The notes under the pieces were generated by a model that saw nothing but the letters and a program-made list of their open reading frames with translations, was not told the origin of the DNA and ran no database searches. Positions 10,230 to 19,455 of a stretch of 64,000 bases of DNA are shown here, one piece after another. The position numbers and the translations under genes were made by a program. Every line of letters starts with the position of its first letter. The stretch's first letter is position 1. This DNA comes from Acidobacteriota bacterium (GTDB taxonomy: Bacteria > Acidobacteriota > UBA6911). The stretch spans positions 384,001 to 448,000 of the forward strand of contig OY761556.1 of NCBI GenBank assembly GCA_963664705.1. The letters run 5' to 3'.

Positions 10230-11672
10230 TCAGTCTTCTGATTCGACGACTCCACCATTTTTCCGGAGCTTCCACTCTCTACTGGCCTGCCAGAGAACCA
10301 GGATCGTTCCCAGTGCTATCAGTGTGGCCGCAAGATAGGCCTGGTCATGCATCGCATGGACGATAGAGGAATTCCCGGCCATGGTTACGTCGACATCTTT
10401 GCCTTCATAGTGCTGGAGGCGGCGGGCAAAAAAGGCGCCCATGAGCGAGACGCCGGTCAATTGTCCCAGCGTGCGGCTCATGCTGAGCATGCCGTTGGCT
10501 ACGCCCAGCCTGCGCCTGGGGGCGGATGCCATGATTGCGGCATTGTTGGGGCTTTGAAAGATGGCCATGCCTATGCCGTTCGGCAGAGTCAGCAATATAA
10601 AGCTGGCTGCGGTCGTGAATGCCGTTATTCTGCCCATCAGGATATAACTTACAAAAATCACTGCCAGCCCGACCAGGCTGACAGGACGCGTTCCGAATCT
10701 GTCCGCAAGGGTCCCTGATATCGGTCCCAGTATGATGAGCGCAATCGGTACAACGGACATAATGAGCCCGATATGCTGCTGATCCAGTTTCTTTACCAAT
10801 TGCAGGTAGAATGGAAAGATAAGCAGGATGCCGGAGATGCAGACAAACGAGGCAAATCCCGTAAGCAGGCTCAGAGTGAAACCCACATTGGAAAAAAGCG
10901 AAAGATCCAGCATCGGATGCTTTACGTGACTTTCTATCCAGATGAAGGCGATCAGTGAGACTGCAAATGCGGCCAGCAAGCCTATCACCGGCTCCGAAAA
11001 CAGTCCGTGAGTCTGGGTAAAAGTCATTGCCAGTACGAACGCAAGCATGGTCAGGCCAATGGCCAGGGCGCCCGCCAGGTCAAATGTCTCTGCATGATCT
11101 TTGGGGCGAAGCTCAGGAAGATAAATGCGCACAAGCGCCAGTGACAGCAAGCCAATGGGGATGTTGACGAAAAATATCCAGCGCCAGCTGAGGACATGCA
11201 GAAGAAGCCCTCCCAGGGCCGGTCCGGCCGCAGCACCCAGGGATATGATTCCGGCGGATATTCCAATAGCCTTGCCATGCTCCGTTCGTGGCCATGTTTC
11301 CGTTACAATGGCTACCCCGAGGGAAACAATCATGGCTGATCCGACTGCCTGCAGGAAGCGGAACCCAATCAGCCAGTAAATTCCCGGTGCAAGCCCGCAC
11401 AGCGTCGAGGCGAGTATGAAGACGATGAGCCCGAGGGTGAATACGCGCTTTTTGCCCACCATGTCACCAAGCCGGCCTGCCATCAGAAGCAGAATGGTGA
11501 GCCCCATCAGGAACGATAGAACCGCCCATTGGACAATGTAGAATTTCGTGTGAAGGTCTGTAGTCAGACTCGGCAGGGCGACGTTGACAATAGATCCGTC
11601 CACCGTGCCCATCAATAAAGCGCTTCCTACTGCTACCAGGATCAGCCATTTATGCGTATGCGGTTCTGTCAT
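10230..11672 (-). CDS. DHA2 (EmrB/QacA) family MFS efflux transporter
   Basis: DGSIVNVALP, GRLGDMVGKKR (motif A), GPALGG, WRWIFFVNIPIG and about 14 hydrophobic segments. Confidence 0.92.
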   Translation of the reverse strand: MTEPHTHKWLILVAVGSALLMGTVDGSIVNVALPSLTTDLHTKFYIVQWAVLSFLMGLTILLLMAGRLGDMVGKKRVFTLGLIVFILASTLCGLAPGIYWLIGFRFLQAVGSAMIVSLGVAIVTETWPRTEHGKAIGISAGIISLGAAAGPALGGLLLHVLSWRWIFFVNIPIGLLSLALVRIYLPELRPKDHAETFDLAGALAIGLTMLAFVLAMTFTQTHGLFSEPVIGLLAAFAVSLIAFIWIESHVKHPMLDLSLFSNVGFTLSLLTGFASFVCISGILLIFPFYLQLVKKLDQQHIGLIMSVVPIALIILGPISGTLADRFGTRPVSLVGLAVIFVSYILMGRITAFTTAASFILLTLPNGIGMAIFQSPNNAAIMASAPRRRLGVANGMLSMSRTLGQLTGVSLMGAFFARRLQHYEGKDVDVTMAGNSSIVHAMHDQAYLAATLIALGTILVLWQASREWKLRKNGGVVESED

Positions 11673-11698
11673 AGAGCGCCCAGTATAGCATCCTCCGG

Positions 11699-11726
11699 GA
11701 TTTCCGATTCCAGATTCCGGATTTCG
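11699..11726. repeat. Degenerate heptamer tandem repeat (GATTYCN x4)
   Basis: GATTTCC GATTCCA GATTCCG GATTTCG; same family as 54450-54523. Confidence 0.6.
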
Positions 11727-11829
11727 GGAAGGATGACGAATTTACACCAGCTTTACAGCACGATTCTCCGCGAACGCGTATATAAATATGTGAGTATAAG
11801 CCGAGGGGAAATAAAAGATTAGGAGATGA

Positions 11830-12552
11830 GTGGATATGAGTATTCAACGAAATCGCAGGCGTGAATGGATTTGGGTGTGCGGTGCATGCATATTCCTGAT
11901 GGCGCTCATGGCTTTTGGGCAGGAGGCTCCCCCTCCGGATAACCAGAAGGCGCCTGGAAATCCCGGGTTCCCGCAGATGGCTCAGGGGCCGATGCGGGGC
12001 ATGCAGGGAGCGGGGATGCAAAGACCTGGCATGCAGGGCGCGGGAATGAGGGGCATGAATGAGCCCCGGATGATGCCGGGCAGGCCGGGAGGTGGGCCCG
12101 GAAATGCTATCTCAGAAATCATGCGTCCGGAGATCCAGAAGGAACTGGGAGTCACGGCAGAACAGCGTCAGAAACTGGAAGATATACGATTCAACGCAGA
12201 GAAGGAGTCTATACAGCGTCGTGCGGCCATGCAGGTCCAGCGCATGGAATTGCAGCGCCTGGTGGACGCCGATAATCCGGATCGTGCGGCTGTTGACAAA
12301 AAGATTCAGGAAGTAGCCCAGGAGGAAGCGGCGCTGATGAAAGCATCCATCAATGCCGGTCTGAATGCTAAAGCCGTCCTGACTGCAGAGCAGCGCGCAA
12401 AACTGGCGCAGTTCCGGCAGCGCCGGATGGAACGCAATGGGCCGCCACAGGGTAATTCCGAAATGATGCCGGGTCGGCCGGCCCCGAAGACAGGCTCAGG
12501 CCGCGACAGAGTGCCGCAGCCGGCGATGCCGACACGGCCCCTGGAGAAATAA
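11830..12552 (+). CDS. Periplasmic Spy/CpxP/ZraP-like (LTXXQ) protein with Met/Gly-rich linker
   Basis: Signal peptide, LGVTAEQRQKL and VLTAEQRAKL motifs, helical core, AGGAG RBS. Start is GTG 11830 or ATG 11836. Confidence 0.8.
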   Translation: MDMSIQRNRRREWIWVCGACIFLMALMAFGQEAPPPDNQKAPGNPGFPQMAQGPMRGMQGAGMQRPGMQGAGMRGMNEPRMMPGRPGGGPGNAISEIMRPEIQKELGVTAEQRQKLEDIRFNAEKESIQRRAAMQVQRMELQRLVDADNPDRAAVDKKIQEVAQEEAALMKASINAGLNAKAVLTAEQRAKLAQFRQRRMERNGPPQGNSEMMPGRPAPKTGSGRDRVPQPAMPTRPLEK

Positions 12553-12659
12553 GCGAAGAGATCACCGGGAGCACCAGCTTGCCCGACTTAGCAATGGCGA
12601 AGTCGGGCACTGTCCCAGCAGGCGAGAGCCTAATGCCATTTACTTTTTTTCGGGAGTAT

Positions 12660-13019
12660 TTCTTTCGCCCCTGTCGGGGCTTGCCTATTCTGCGATCGAG
12701 ATCCAGGGGTTCGCTGCGCTCACCCCTGGCTACATTCTATCGGGCCTCCGGCCCTGACTAATCAAAGCCAACTCCGGGCCTTGAGGAAAATCGGAGGCAA
12801 TTTGGATAGTCTGCCAACTTGCAGTTTGCGGGTCCCGGAGCTTAAATATCCGACTGAATCAATAAACGGATATTTCGGATCGTACCAGTATTTTCCTCCA
12901 AACCGGTCAATCCAATGGCAGGCAGCGCGCCGAGGGCGCGCCAGAAAATAGACAGGGGAGAGCGAAGCGAACCCCTGGAATGAAAGCAGAAAAGACGGAG
13001 CCCGGTAGGGGCGAAAGAA
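12660..13019. repeat. REPIN-like element: two inverted ~97-bp multi-hairpin arms around a ~165-bp spacer
   Basis: Left arm TTCTTTCGCCCC...TCCAGGGGTTCGCTGCGCTCACCCCTGGCTA. The reverse complement of 12924-13019 reads TTCTTTCGCCCC...TCCAGGGGTTCGCTTCGCTCTCCCCTGTCTA. Confidence 0.85.
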
Positions 13020-13088
13020 CTGCAATTGCAAAAAGTAAATGGCAGCCGACGAGACGCCGGCGCTCTCAGTGGAGTTTCCTGGCAAAGG

Positions 13089-13772
13089 CTATTCACTCTC
13101 AAAGCGGTAGCCGATGTCCCGAACCGTCTTGATGTATGCGGGGTCCTGCGAGTTGCGTTCTATCTTGGTGCGTAGCGTGGTGATGCACCGATCGACGCTG
13201 CGCGTTGTGACGAGGATGTCATAACCCCAAACATGCCGGATGATTTCATCCCGTGTCAAAGCGCAGCCTGCCCGCCTGACGAAAAGGGACAGCAGACCAA
13301 ATTCCTTGGGCGTAAGTTCGATCTCCTTCCCGCGCCGCAGCAATCGCCGCGAATCCATATTCAAAAGAAAATCCCCAAATTTGAATTCGCGTATTTCCTG
13401 GCGCCGCCTTCTTCGCAGGAATGCATTCACGCGAGCCATCAGTTGTTGGATGTTAAACGGCTTGGTCACGTAGTCGTCGGCGCCCAGATTGAGACCCAGG
13501 ATAATATCTGATTCCTGACCCTTGGCGGTCAGCATGATGATCGGCATATCCAGCCCCTCGCCACGAATCAGCCGGCAAATCTCAAACCCGTTGATGCCCG
13601 GAAGCATGATGTCCAGCAGAATGAGATCCGGATGTGAATTCAGGGCTTCATTCAACCCGGATTCTCCATCCTTTGCCGTCCTGACTTTATATCCTTTGAA
13701 GCCAAAGTTATCCTTTAGCCCACGCAGCATTGCAGGGTCGTCTTCGATAATCAGTATGGCTTCGTCCGGCAT
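13089..13772 (-). CDS. OmpR/PhoB-family response regulator
   Basis: ILIIEDD, LLDIMLPG, MLTAK, GADDYVTKPF, LTPKEFGLL and YIKTVRDIGYRF. Start at MPDEA (13772). Confidence 0.95.
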   Translation of the reverse strand: MPDEAILIIEDDPAMLRGLKDNFGFKGYKVRTAKDGESGLNEALNSHPDLILLDIMLPGINGFEICRLIRGEGLDMPIIMLTAKGQESDIILGLNLGADDYVTKPFNIQQLMARVNAFLRRRRRQEIREFKFGDFLLNMDSRRLLRRGKEIELTPKEFGLLSLFVRRAGCALTRDEIIRHVWGYDILVTTRSVDRCITTLRTKIERNSQDPAYIKTVRDIGYRFESE

Positions 13773-13776
13773 ATGC

Positions 13777-15720
13777 TTACCCGCCTGCAGGAAGTTGAAC
13801 TGTAAAAGTACTGCCTTGGCCCGGTTCGCCTTTGGCTGAAACACTGCCATTGTGGGCTGAGACGATGAATTGAACAATGCTCAACCCCAGCCCGCAACCG
13901 CCGGTTTGCCGCGACAGGGAATGGTCCACCTGGTAGAAGCGATCAAAGATTTTTTTTGCGGCGCTGCGGGGAAAGCCAATCCCGTTGTCCCGGACTTCGA
14001 AACAAAGCGATCCGTTTTCAGCGAAGCCGCGAATCTGGATTTCTTTGTGCTCGCCCGTGTATTTGAGGGCGTTGTCCAGGAGGTTCACGAAAACAGTTGT
14101 CAATGCATCGCGATCTCCAAGGATGGGCGGCATCGCGGGCGCCATATCCAGGCTGAATTTGCAGTCCGGGGACCGCAGACGGTTTCCGAGGGCCCCCACC
14201 GCTGCCTCTACAACTTCCTTCGCCTGCACAATCTCCCGTTCAAACTTTGCCTTGTTGCGTTCCATGCGGGAAAAGGTCAGGAATCCCTCGATCAGGCTGC
14301 TGAGCCGGGCGTTTTCCCTGGCGATCATCTCCAGGTATTCGTGTACCAGCTGAGAGTCATGACTGTGGCCATTGCGCAATGTGTCGACCAACAGCCGCAT
14401 GGAAGCCAGGGGTGTTTTTAATTCATGAGAGACTGTAGCGATCAAGTCATTCTTCAGGCGCGTCAGACGCATCTGGCGCTGCAGATAGGCCACCAGAAGA
14501 ATCGAGAGCACCAGGATTCCTCCAGCCATCAGGATTCCCATCCAGACATAAAGTGCGGTTCTTTGCCTCGCCGCTGATTGAAAGGGATCGGTTCCATCAA
14601 GATAAAGCGCCAGTTCCCACGATGGGAATAGATCCCCGATTTTGCCGCTTTGAACCCCTGTTGATCTGGCGCCCGGCGGTGTGGGAACCAGTCGAATCCC
14701 GTCTGCTGGTTTGGGCGCGCCCATGGCGGAGCTCATAAAACTCAACAATCGTGACTGGTTGAACAATGCGATGTAGGACCGGTCGGTGGGTGTATAAGCC
14801 CATAGATCCTTTGTTCCGGTTGGCTGTATCCGGCCGGTGCTGAGTTGGTTCGGAAAGATTCTGCTGAAACCGGCAGCCACTTCTTCTGCCGCATAGGTCG
14901 GGAATTGGGAAAAACTATCGGGCCAGGTTGAATGCAATTGCTCCATCAGAAAACGCCTTTGAGAGGACGGGATGGAAGTACTTTGATAGTCGCTGAGCTG
15001 CTTTGCCAGTGAGGCGGCAGTCTGGCGGAACAGCGGGTGTCCCGGTCCTTTCATCAACTGCAGGGCGAAAAGCGTGGCATTGAGCTGGATGGAGCGACCT
15101 TGCATATCTTGAATATCCCGGTATCGTGATTCACCCAAAGTATGGACAAGAACATCGATGGCGCGCGGTGGTTTTCCGGCCTTATTGAGGCAGCGCGCAT
15201 CAGCCATCCATGCCAACGCTGTCTCTTGCGTACGCGAGGATTGCCGGGCGATTCCGGCATAGGCTTCCGCCGCAGCCCCTGGATTGTTCTTTGCAAATTC
15301 CAGTTTGCGCGCCTCAAGCCAATTGGGTGTTTGCAGTTCCGCGGACAGGACAGGAAAGGCCGAGGATTCGGGGTAGGTCAGCTCTCCGCTGCGATAAAGG
15401 AGAACTGAATCGACATGTCCGCCGGTGACGAGAAGGCCAAACGATTCCGCCGCCGGGTGCCGGCGAATGGTTTCGGCAATTATTTCGGATTGCCGTACCC
15501 AGGCATTCTGAATTCGTTCTGCGGCAACTTGTATTTGAGATTGATATAAATCCGACAACCGCTGATGCATGGCCAGTTGTTCATTCTGCATCGCCTGGTT
15601 CATGAACCAGAAAACGCCTGCCGCCGGCAACATTACGACCGCAGCCAACAAGGCAAATGCAGGCCACAGCTGCTGGCCATGGCCTGCAAAATTCTTTCTT
15701 CTGGATAGGCGGAATGCCAT
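13777..15720 (-). CDS. Membrane sensor histidine kinase with a large periplasmic domain containing TPR-like helices
   Basis: Two TM segments, VSHELKTPL, NLLDNALKY, DNGIG and GGCGLGL. Confidence 0.92.
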   Translation of the reverse strand: MAFRLSRRKNFAGHGQQLWPAFALLAAVVMLPAAGVFWFMNQAMQNEQLAMHQRLSDLYQSQIQVAAERIQNAWVRQSEIIAETIRRHPAAESFGLLVTGGHVDSVLLYRSGELTYPESSAFPVLSAELQTPNWLEARKLEFAKNNPGAAAEAYAGIARQSSRTQETALAWMADARCLNKAGKPPRAIDVLVHTLGESRYRDIQDMQGRSIQLNATLFALQLMKGPGHPLFRQTAASLAKQLSDYQSTSIPSSQRRFLMEQLHSTWPDSFSQFPTYAAEEVAAGFSRIFPNQLSTGRIQPTGTKDLWAYTPTDRSYIALFNQSRLLSFMSSAMGAPKPADGIRLVPTPPGARSTGVQSGKIGDLFPSWELALYLDGTDPFQSAARQRTALYVWMGILMAGGILVLSILLVAYLQRQMRLTRLKNDLIATVSHELKTPLASMRLLVDTLRNGHSHDSQLVHEYLEMIARENARLSSLIEGFLTFSRMERNKAKFEREIVQAKEVVEAAVGALGNRLRSPDCKFSLDMAPAMPPILGDRDALTTVFVNLLDNALKYTGEHKEIQIRGFAENGSLCFEVRDNGIGFPRSAAKKIFDRFYQVDHSLSRQTGGCGLGLSIVQFIVSAHNGSVSAKGEPGQGSTFTVQLPAGG

Positions 15721-15723
15721 TCG

Positions 15724-17163
15724 CTATTTGGCTTTCAAACTCGTCATGATTGATTCGAATACGGGCCGCATTTTGTCGAGATTGTCTTTTGCCGTTCGGA
15801 AAGAAAAGCTATACGACTTTGCCTCCGACGCGAGTTTATAGACGCAGGCAATAATTTCTTCGCCCGTTTTGGCATTGAGCGTTTTGGTAATATATCGCTC
15901 GCCGGTCAATCCTGCGAAGGATACTTTTTCCCGCGATTCATACGATATTTCATAGCTTTGTTCGATGCCATTAACAACTACTTTGTGCACGATCTTGCTC
16001 TCTGTCGGTTGGGCAATCTGCGCTGCAAGCTGTGAATCTACCTTAAAAACAGTCACTCCCAGGTCTGAATCTACCTCCGGCGCCGCGACTCCAAGAAATG
16101 CAATGTTGCCATAGGTTGAGAGACCGGAGACAGTGGACAAATACCACTGGTGCGGAACGGAAAACACGAGCCCTGTTCCAGGGATTTCAATTATTGCCGG
16201 CTGGTTTTTTCCGACAACCTCGACTGAATGGAGAACAAATTCATCATTGCGGTTGAGGCGTGCCTTTGCAAGGTAGGCATGGCTGTCAGCGCTGATCCAG
16301 AATTTTTGATCTGTGGGCAGACTATCATCTGAAGCCATCACCACCTTGTAACAGTCAAAGGTGCCTGCCGGTACGGTAATGGTTTCCCGGCCGGTTACGG
16401 AAAATCGGACGTTTGCAGATGTGGCGGTGGATGCTTCCAGGAGCGGGACTGTAGCCTGGAATCCCTCCTTTAAGGGAAGGCGGCGCAGTAGCGGTACGAT
16501 CTGCCATGCGTCGTAGGTTGCTCCCTCCATTCTGATTTGCCTCGAGGGCTGGCTGCTATCCTTCAGATTGATTACCTCAATGCTGTCTGAGCCATATCTG
16601 GCTTCGAGAGAGGTCTGATTGGAGCGAACCCAGCTCTTCAGTGGAAGCATGGTGACATCGTCTGCTTCGGTGCCGGAATAGTGACTGGGCGATTGTCCGC
16701 CGCCAAAGAGGTACCGAAGGTTCCATACCGGTTTTCCAGCTTCCTGACCGGATTCCGATATATAAGTTCCAAACACCCCCGACCCATTGTAGGTAAGTCT
16801 CATTACTTCACCGTCGACCCAGGGAGCCGCCTTCAGGGTCAGATACAGACTTTTGGCTATGAGATCTTTCTGCTCAGGGTATAAATTGGCGAGATTGGAA
16901 AAGGTTGAAAGAGCATCCGTTTCGTTCCCCGCCTTCCGGTAGCATATTCCCAGCCGGTATATGGCCTGCGCTGCCACAGTTCTGGTTGTCTCGGTATTGC
17001 CGATAATTTCCTTGTAGATGGCGATTGCATCGTTCAGCTTGCCTAAGGTTTCCTCGGTGTAGATTGCTTTTTCCAGAAGAACCGAAGGATCTTGCGAGGA
17101 AAAAGCCGGGTTTGCCATAAACATCAAAATGAGTGCGATCCCAATTCCCTTGATGCCTTGCAT
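15724..17163 (-). CDS. Secreted TPR + DUF3108-like protein with an extra C-terminal domain
   Basis: Signal peptide, SVLLEKAIYTEETLG TPR and ETITVPAGTFDCYKV. C-terminal ~170 aa resembles a PsbP/Mog1-like fold (tentative). Start at MQGIKG. Confidence 0.72.
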   Translation of the reverse strand: MQGIKGIGIALILMFMANPAFSSQDPSVLLEKAIYTEETLGKLNDAIAIYKEIIGNTETTRTVAAQAIYRLGICYRKAGNETDALSTFSNLANLYPEQKDLIAKSLYLTLKAAPWVDGEVMRLTYNGSGVFGTYISESGQEAGKPVWNLRYLFGGGQSPSHYSGTEADDVTMLPLKSWVRSNQTSLEARYGSDSIEVINLKDSSQPSRQIRMEGATYDAWQIVPLLRRLPLKEGFQATVPLLEASTATSANVRFSVTGRETITVPAGTFDCYKVVMASDDSLPTDQKFWISADSHAYLAKARLNRNDEFVLHSVEVVGKNQPAIIEIPGTGLVFSVPHQWYLSTVSGLSTYGNIAFLGVAAPEVDSDLGVTVFKVDSQLAAQIAQPTESKIVHKVVVNGIEQSYEISYESREKVSFAGLTGERYITKTLNAKTGEEIIACVYKLASEAKSYSFSFRTAKDNLDKMRPVFESIMTSLKAK

Positions 17164-17218
17164 TTTCGTTGTCCTTTCCCAATGCTTCATAACCTTGTTT
17201 GACACAAAGGATCTACTG

Positions 17219-18217
17219 TTAGTTGCCGCCAATTGAGGTGAGTTCCTGATCGGTCGCAACATGGACAACTGCGCCCCAAACACGGTCCTCACTGGCTTTT
17301 ACAATGTATGAATGGATATCGTCGGATATCCAATAGGTTGAGGATGGAGATTGGTTTCCTTTAGTCACGATGACTTTATAGCAGTCAAAGGTGCCGGCGG
17401 GTACCGTGACCCTTTCTCTGGCGACTACCTCTACCTTGGCGTCAAAAAAGATGTAGTTGTAGACAGAAAAAATGGGAATGGAAGTTTGATAATTTTCGTA
17501 AAGCGGCAGACAGCGGAGAAATTGGACCAGCTGAAGCTCGTCATACGCAACACGCGTCAGCGGAAATGTTTTTTTGCCTGATTCATTGTCAACAGTCATC
17601 GAGAAGTCGATCTGACGAGGCCCATATTCCGCGCGAAATACCCGCCAATTCGATCCCTCCTGCACAACGCTGTTGAAAGGAGTAAACGTGGCGGCATCGG
17701 TCAATACGGACATAGTAATGGACCTGAAGCTGATGGTTGACTGCAGATTCCAGGCACGTTTGCCGGCGTTTTCAGCCGATTGGAAGCGATAGGAGACCGT
17801 TCCTAGGGGAGCGCCTCCTTTCATCTTGGCGGATAGCTGCAGGACTTCTCCATCTGCCCAGGGTGCCGGTTTCAATCCCAATGGGTTTGTGGCGGGTGCC
17901 GGAATCAAGGCAATCAGATCTTGCTGTTCCGGGTATAACTTGATCAATTTTGAAAATGCCGCCTGCGCTTGATCATCGTTATGGCTCTTTTGATAGCAAA
18001 TGCCCAGCCTGAAAAGAGCCAGCGCGGCGGTGGAGCGCGTGACATACAGGTCGGCTGCGATCTGCCGGTACAGCCCGATCGCTTCGCTTAAATTGCCCAG
18101 GGTTTCTTCTGTATAGATAGCTTTTTCCAGAAGCACCGATGGATCTTGAGCGGCAAGTTGGGATGAGATCCCCAAAACAAGCATCAAAGCCAGTCCAAGC
18201 CGTGTGAGGCGTTTCAT
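17219..18217 (-). CDS. Secreted TPR + DUF3108-like protein (paralog of 15724-17163)
   Basis: Shares QDPSVLLEKAIYTEETLG, PW.DGEV, LR.LPL and TVPAGTFDCYKV with its neighbour. Start at MKRLTRL. Confidence 0.75.
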   Translation of the reverse strand: MKRLTRLGLALMLVLGISSQLAAQDPSVLLEKAIYTEETLGNLSEAIGLYRQIAADLYVTRSTAALALFRLGICYQKSHNDDQAQAAFSKLIKLYPEQQDLIALIPAPATNPLGLKPAPWADGEVLQLSAKMKGGAPLGTVSYRFQSAENAGKRAWNLQSTISFRSITMSVLTDAATFTPFNSVVQEGSNWRVFRAEYGPRQIDFSMTVDNESGKKTFPLTRVAYDELQLVQFLRCLPLYENYQTSIPIFSVYNYIFFDAKVEVVARERVTVPAGTFDCYKVIVTKGNQSPSSTYWISDDIHSYIVKASEDRVWGAVVHVATDQELTSIGGN

Positions 18218-18387
18218 CTTGGTTTTCCTTTCGGTGGTAGGCCGCAATGGCCAACTCAGTCGAATAGGATGATAGTCCGGGGATGTTACGGAATTGTTAC
18301 GCGCGGATCCAAATATGATCCAATTTTGGGAGGAGCGGGCTGGTTCACTGGGACGCCGCCGGAACGACGGCGCCCCGAGAAACGCTT

Positions 18388-19347
18388 TTACCGGATGCTC
18401 TGGATTTGATCTGAAATGCTTAATTCATAGGTGCTCCATCCGGAGTTCAACCCGTAGGGGCATTGAAGGAAGATAGCTTCTATCCTGCGGATATTTCCCT
18501 TCTCGATTTTGAACAGCTCGGCAATTTGCCAGGTCCAGTTGATCTGTTCGTGATCGAAAAAGCCGAAAGCGAAAGCGATTCCGCGTTCGCGGTCAACGGC
18601 AACGAAACGACGATCCCGAATTCTCGACACGATGTTTTTAAGTGCCCCGGATTCGAACTGCTTTTTGCATTCCTTTGTCGACAGCATCCCGTTTTCATAG
18701 CGTTCGCAGTCGTCGGTGAAAGGATAGTATCCCTTGGTATCGTTCTTCTGCAGTCCGGTGAAGTAGTAATTGGCGACCCGGATCAATTCCTCTCTCGAGG
18801 CGCGTTCTGCTTCAGGGATCACTTCGGTAAAGATCTTGTTCGGTGCGCCCATCTTATCGACAGCCTCTCCAGTCGGCGGGAACTTGGATGCTGGCGCAGG
18901 GCCGCTCAGGCTGACTGTAGGCCGAATGACAAGCTGTTCCACTTCGGTAATCAGGTTGTTCATTATCTTCAGACGGATTGCGACGGCAACCTTGTTATTG
19001 TCTCCCGGCTTGGCAGTAGCACTGGCCGCGGCTTTTGTCGTTACCGTGCCGATAAAGGCGACCTGCTGTGTTTCGGTGTCGGGAATATAGAACTTGTAAT
19101 TTCCTTTGCTCGTCATGTCGTACCATAGCCCCTCGTTGCCCATGGGCAGACGTACGCCGTTTTCCGTAAATTTTATCTCTCTGGCGAAAAGCGCAGGGCT
19201 GACTTCTTTGGCAATCACGGCATCCAGGTAACGGTCGATGAACTTCTCCAGGCAGGCGCGGTCGCATGCGACCTTGGGAGCCGGCTGCGCAAACACCGCG
19301 GGAAGGAATAACAGAAAAGCTGCAACAGCAAACAATTTGATCCGCAT
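18388..19347 (-). CDS. Secreted conserved hypothetical protein (CDRACL N-terminal motif, possibly tandem NTF2-like domains)
   Basis: Signal peptide, AGGAGG RBS and internally repeated motifs (KFTENG / ERYENG; ITEVE / IRRIE). Confidence 0.7.
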   Translation of the reverse strand: MRIKLFAVAAFLLFLPAVFAQPAPKVACDRACLEKFIDRYLDAVIAKEVSPALFAREIKFTENGVRLPMGNEGLWYDMTSKGNYKFYIPDTETQQVAFIGTVTTKAAASATAKPGDNNKVAVAIRLKIMNNLITEVEQLVIRPTVSLSGPAPASKFPPTGEAVDKMGAPNKIFTEVIPEAERASREELIRVANYYFTGLQKNDTKGYYPFTDDCERYENGMLSTKECKKQFESGALKNIVSRIRDRRFVAVDRERGIAFAFGFFDHEQINWTWQIAELFKIEKGNIRRIEAIFLQCPYGLNSGWSTYELSISDQIQSIR

Positions 19348-19455
19348 GGAATTCCTCCTTGGAATTAGAAAATCGCAACTGAGAAAGATTTGAAGTGAAT
19401 AGCGCGGCTATCATACCCGATATCCTTTGTTGCGTCCATCGGGGTCGTCCGCGAT

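Noticed and set aside
12579-13102. Small ORFs sharing a GSLRSPL peptide
   Set aside because: Translations of the inverted repeat arms, not genes.
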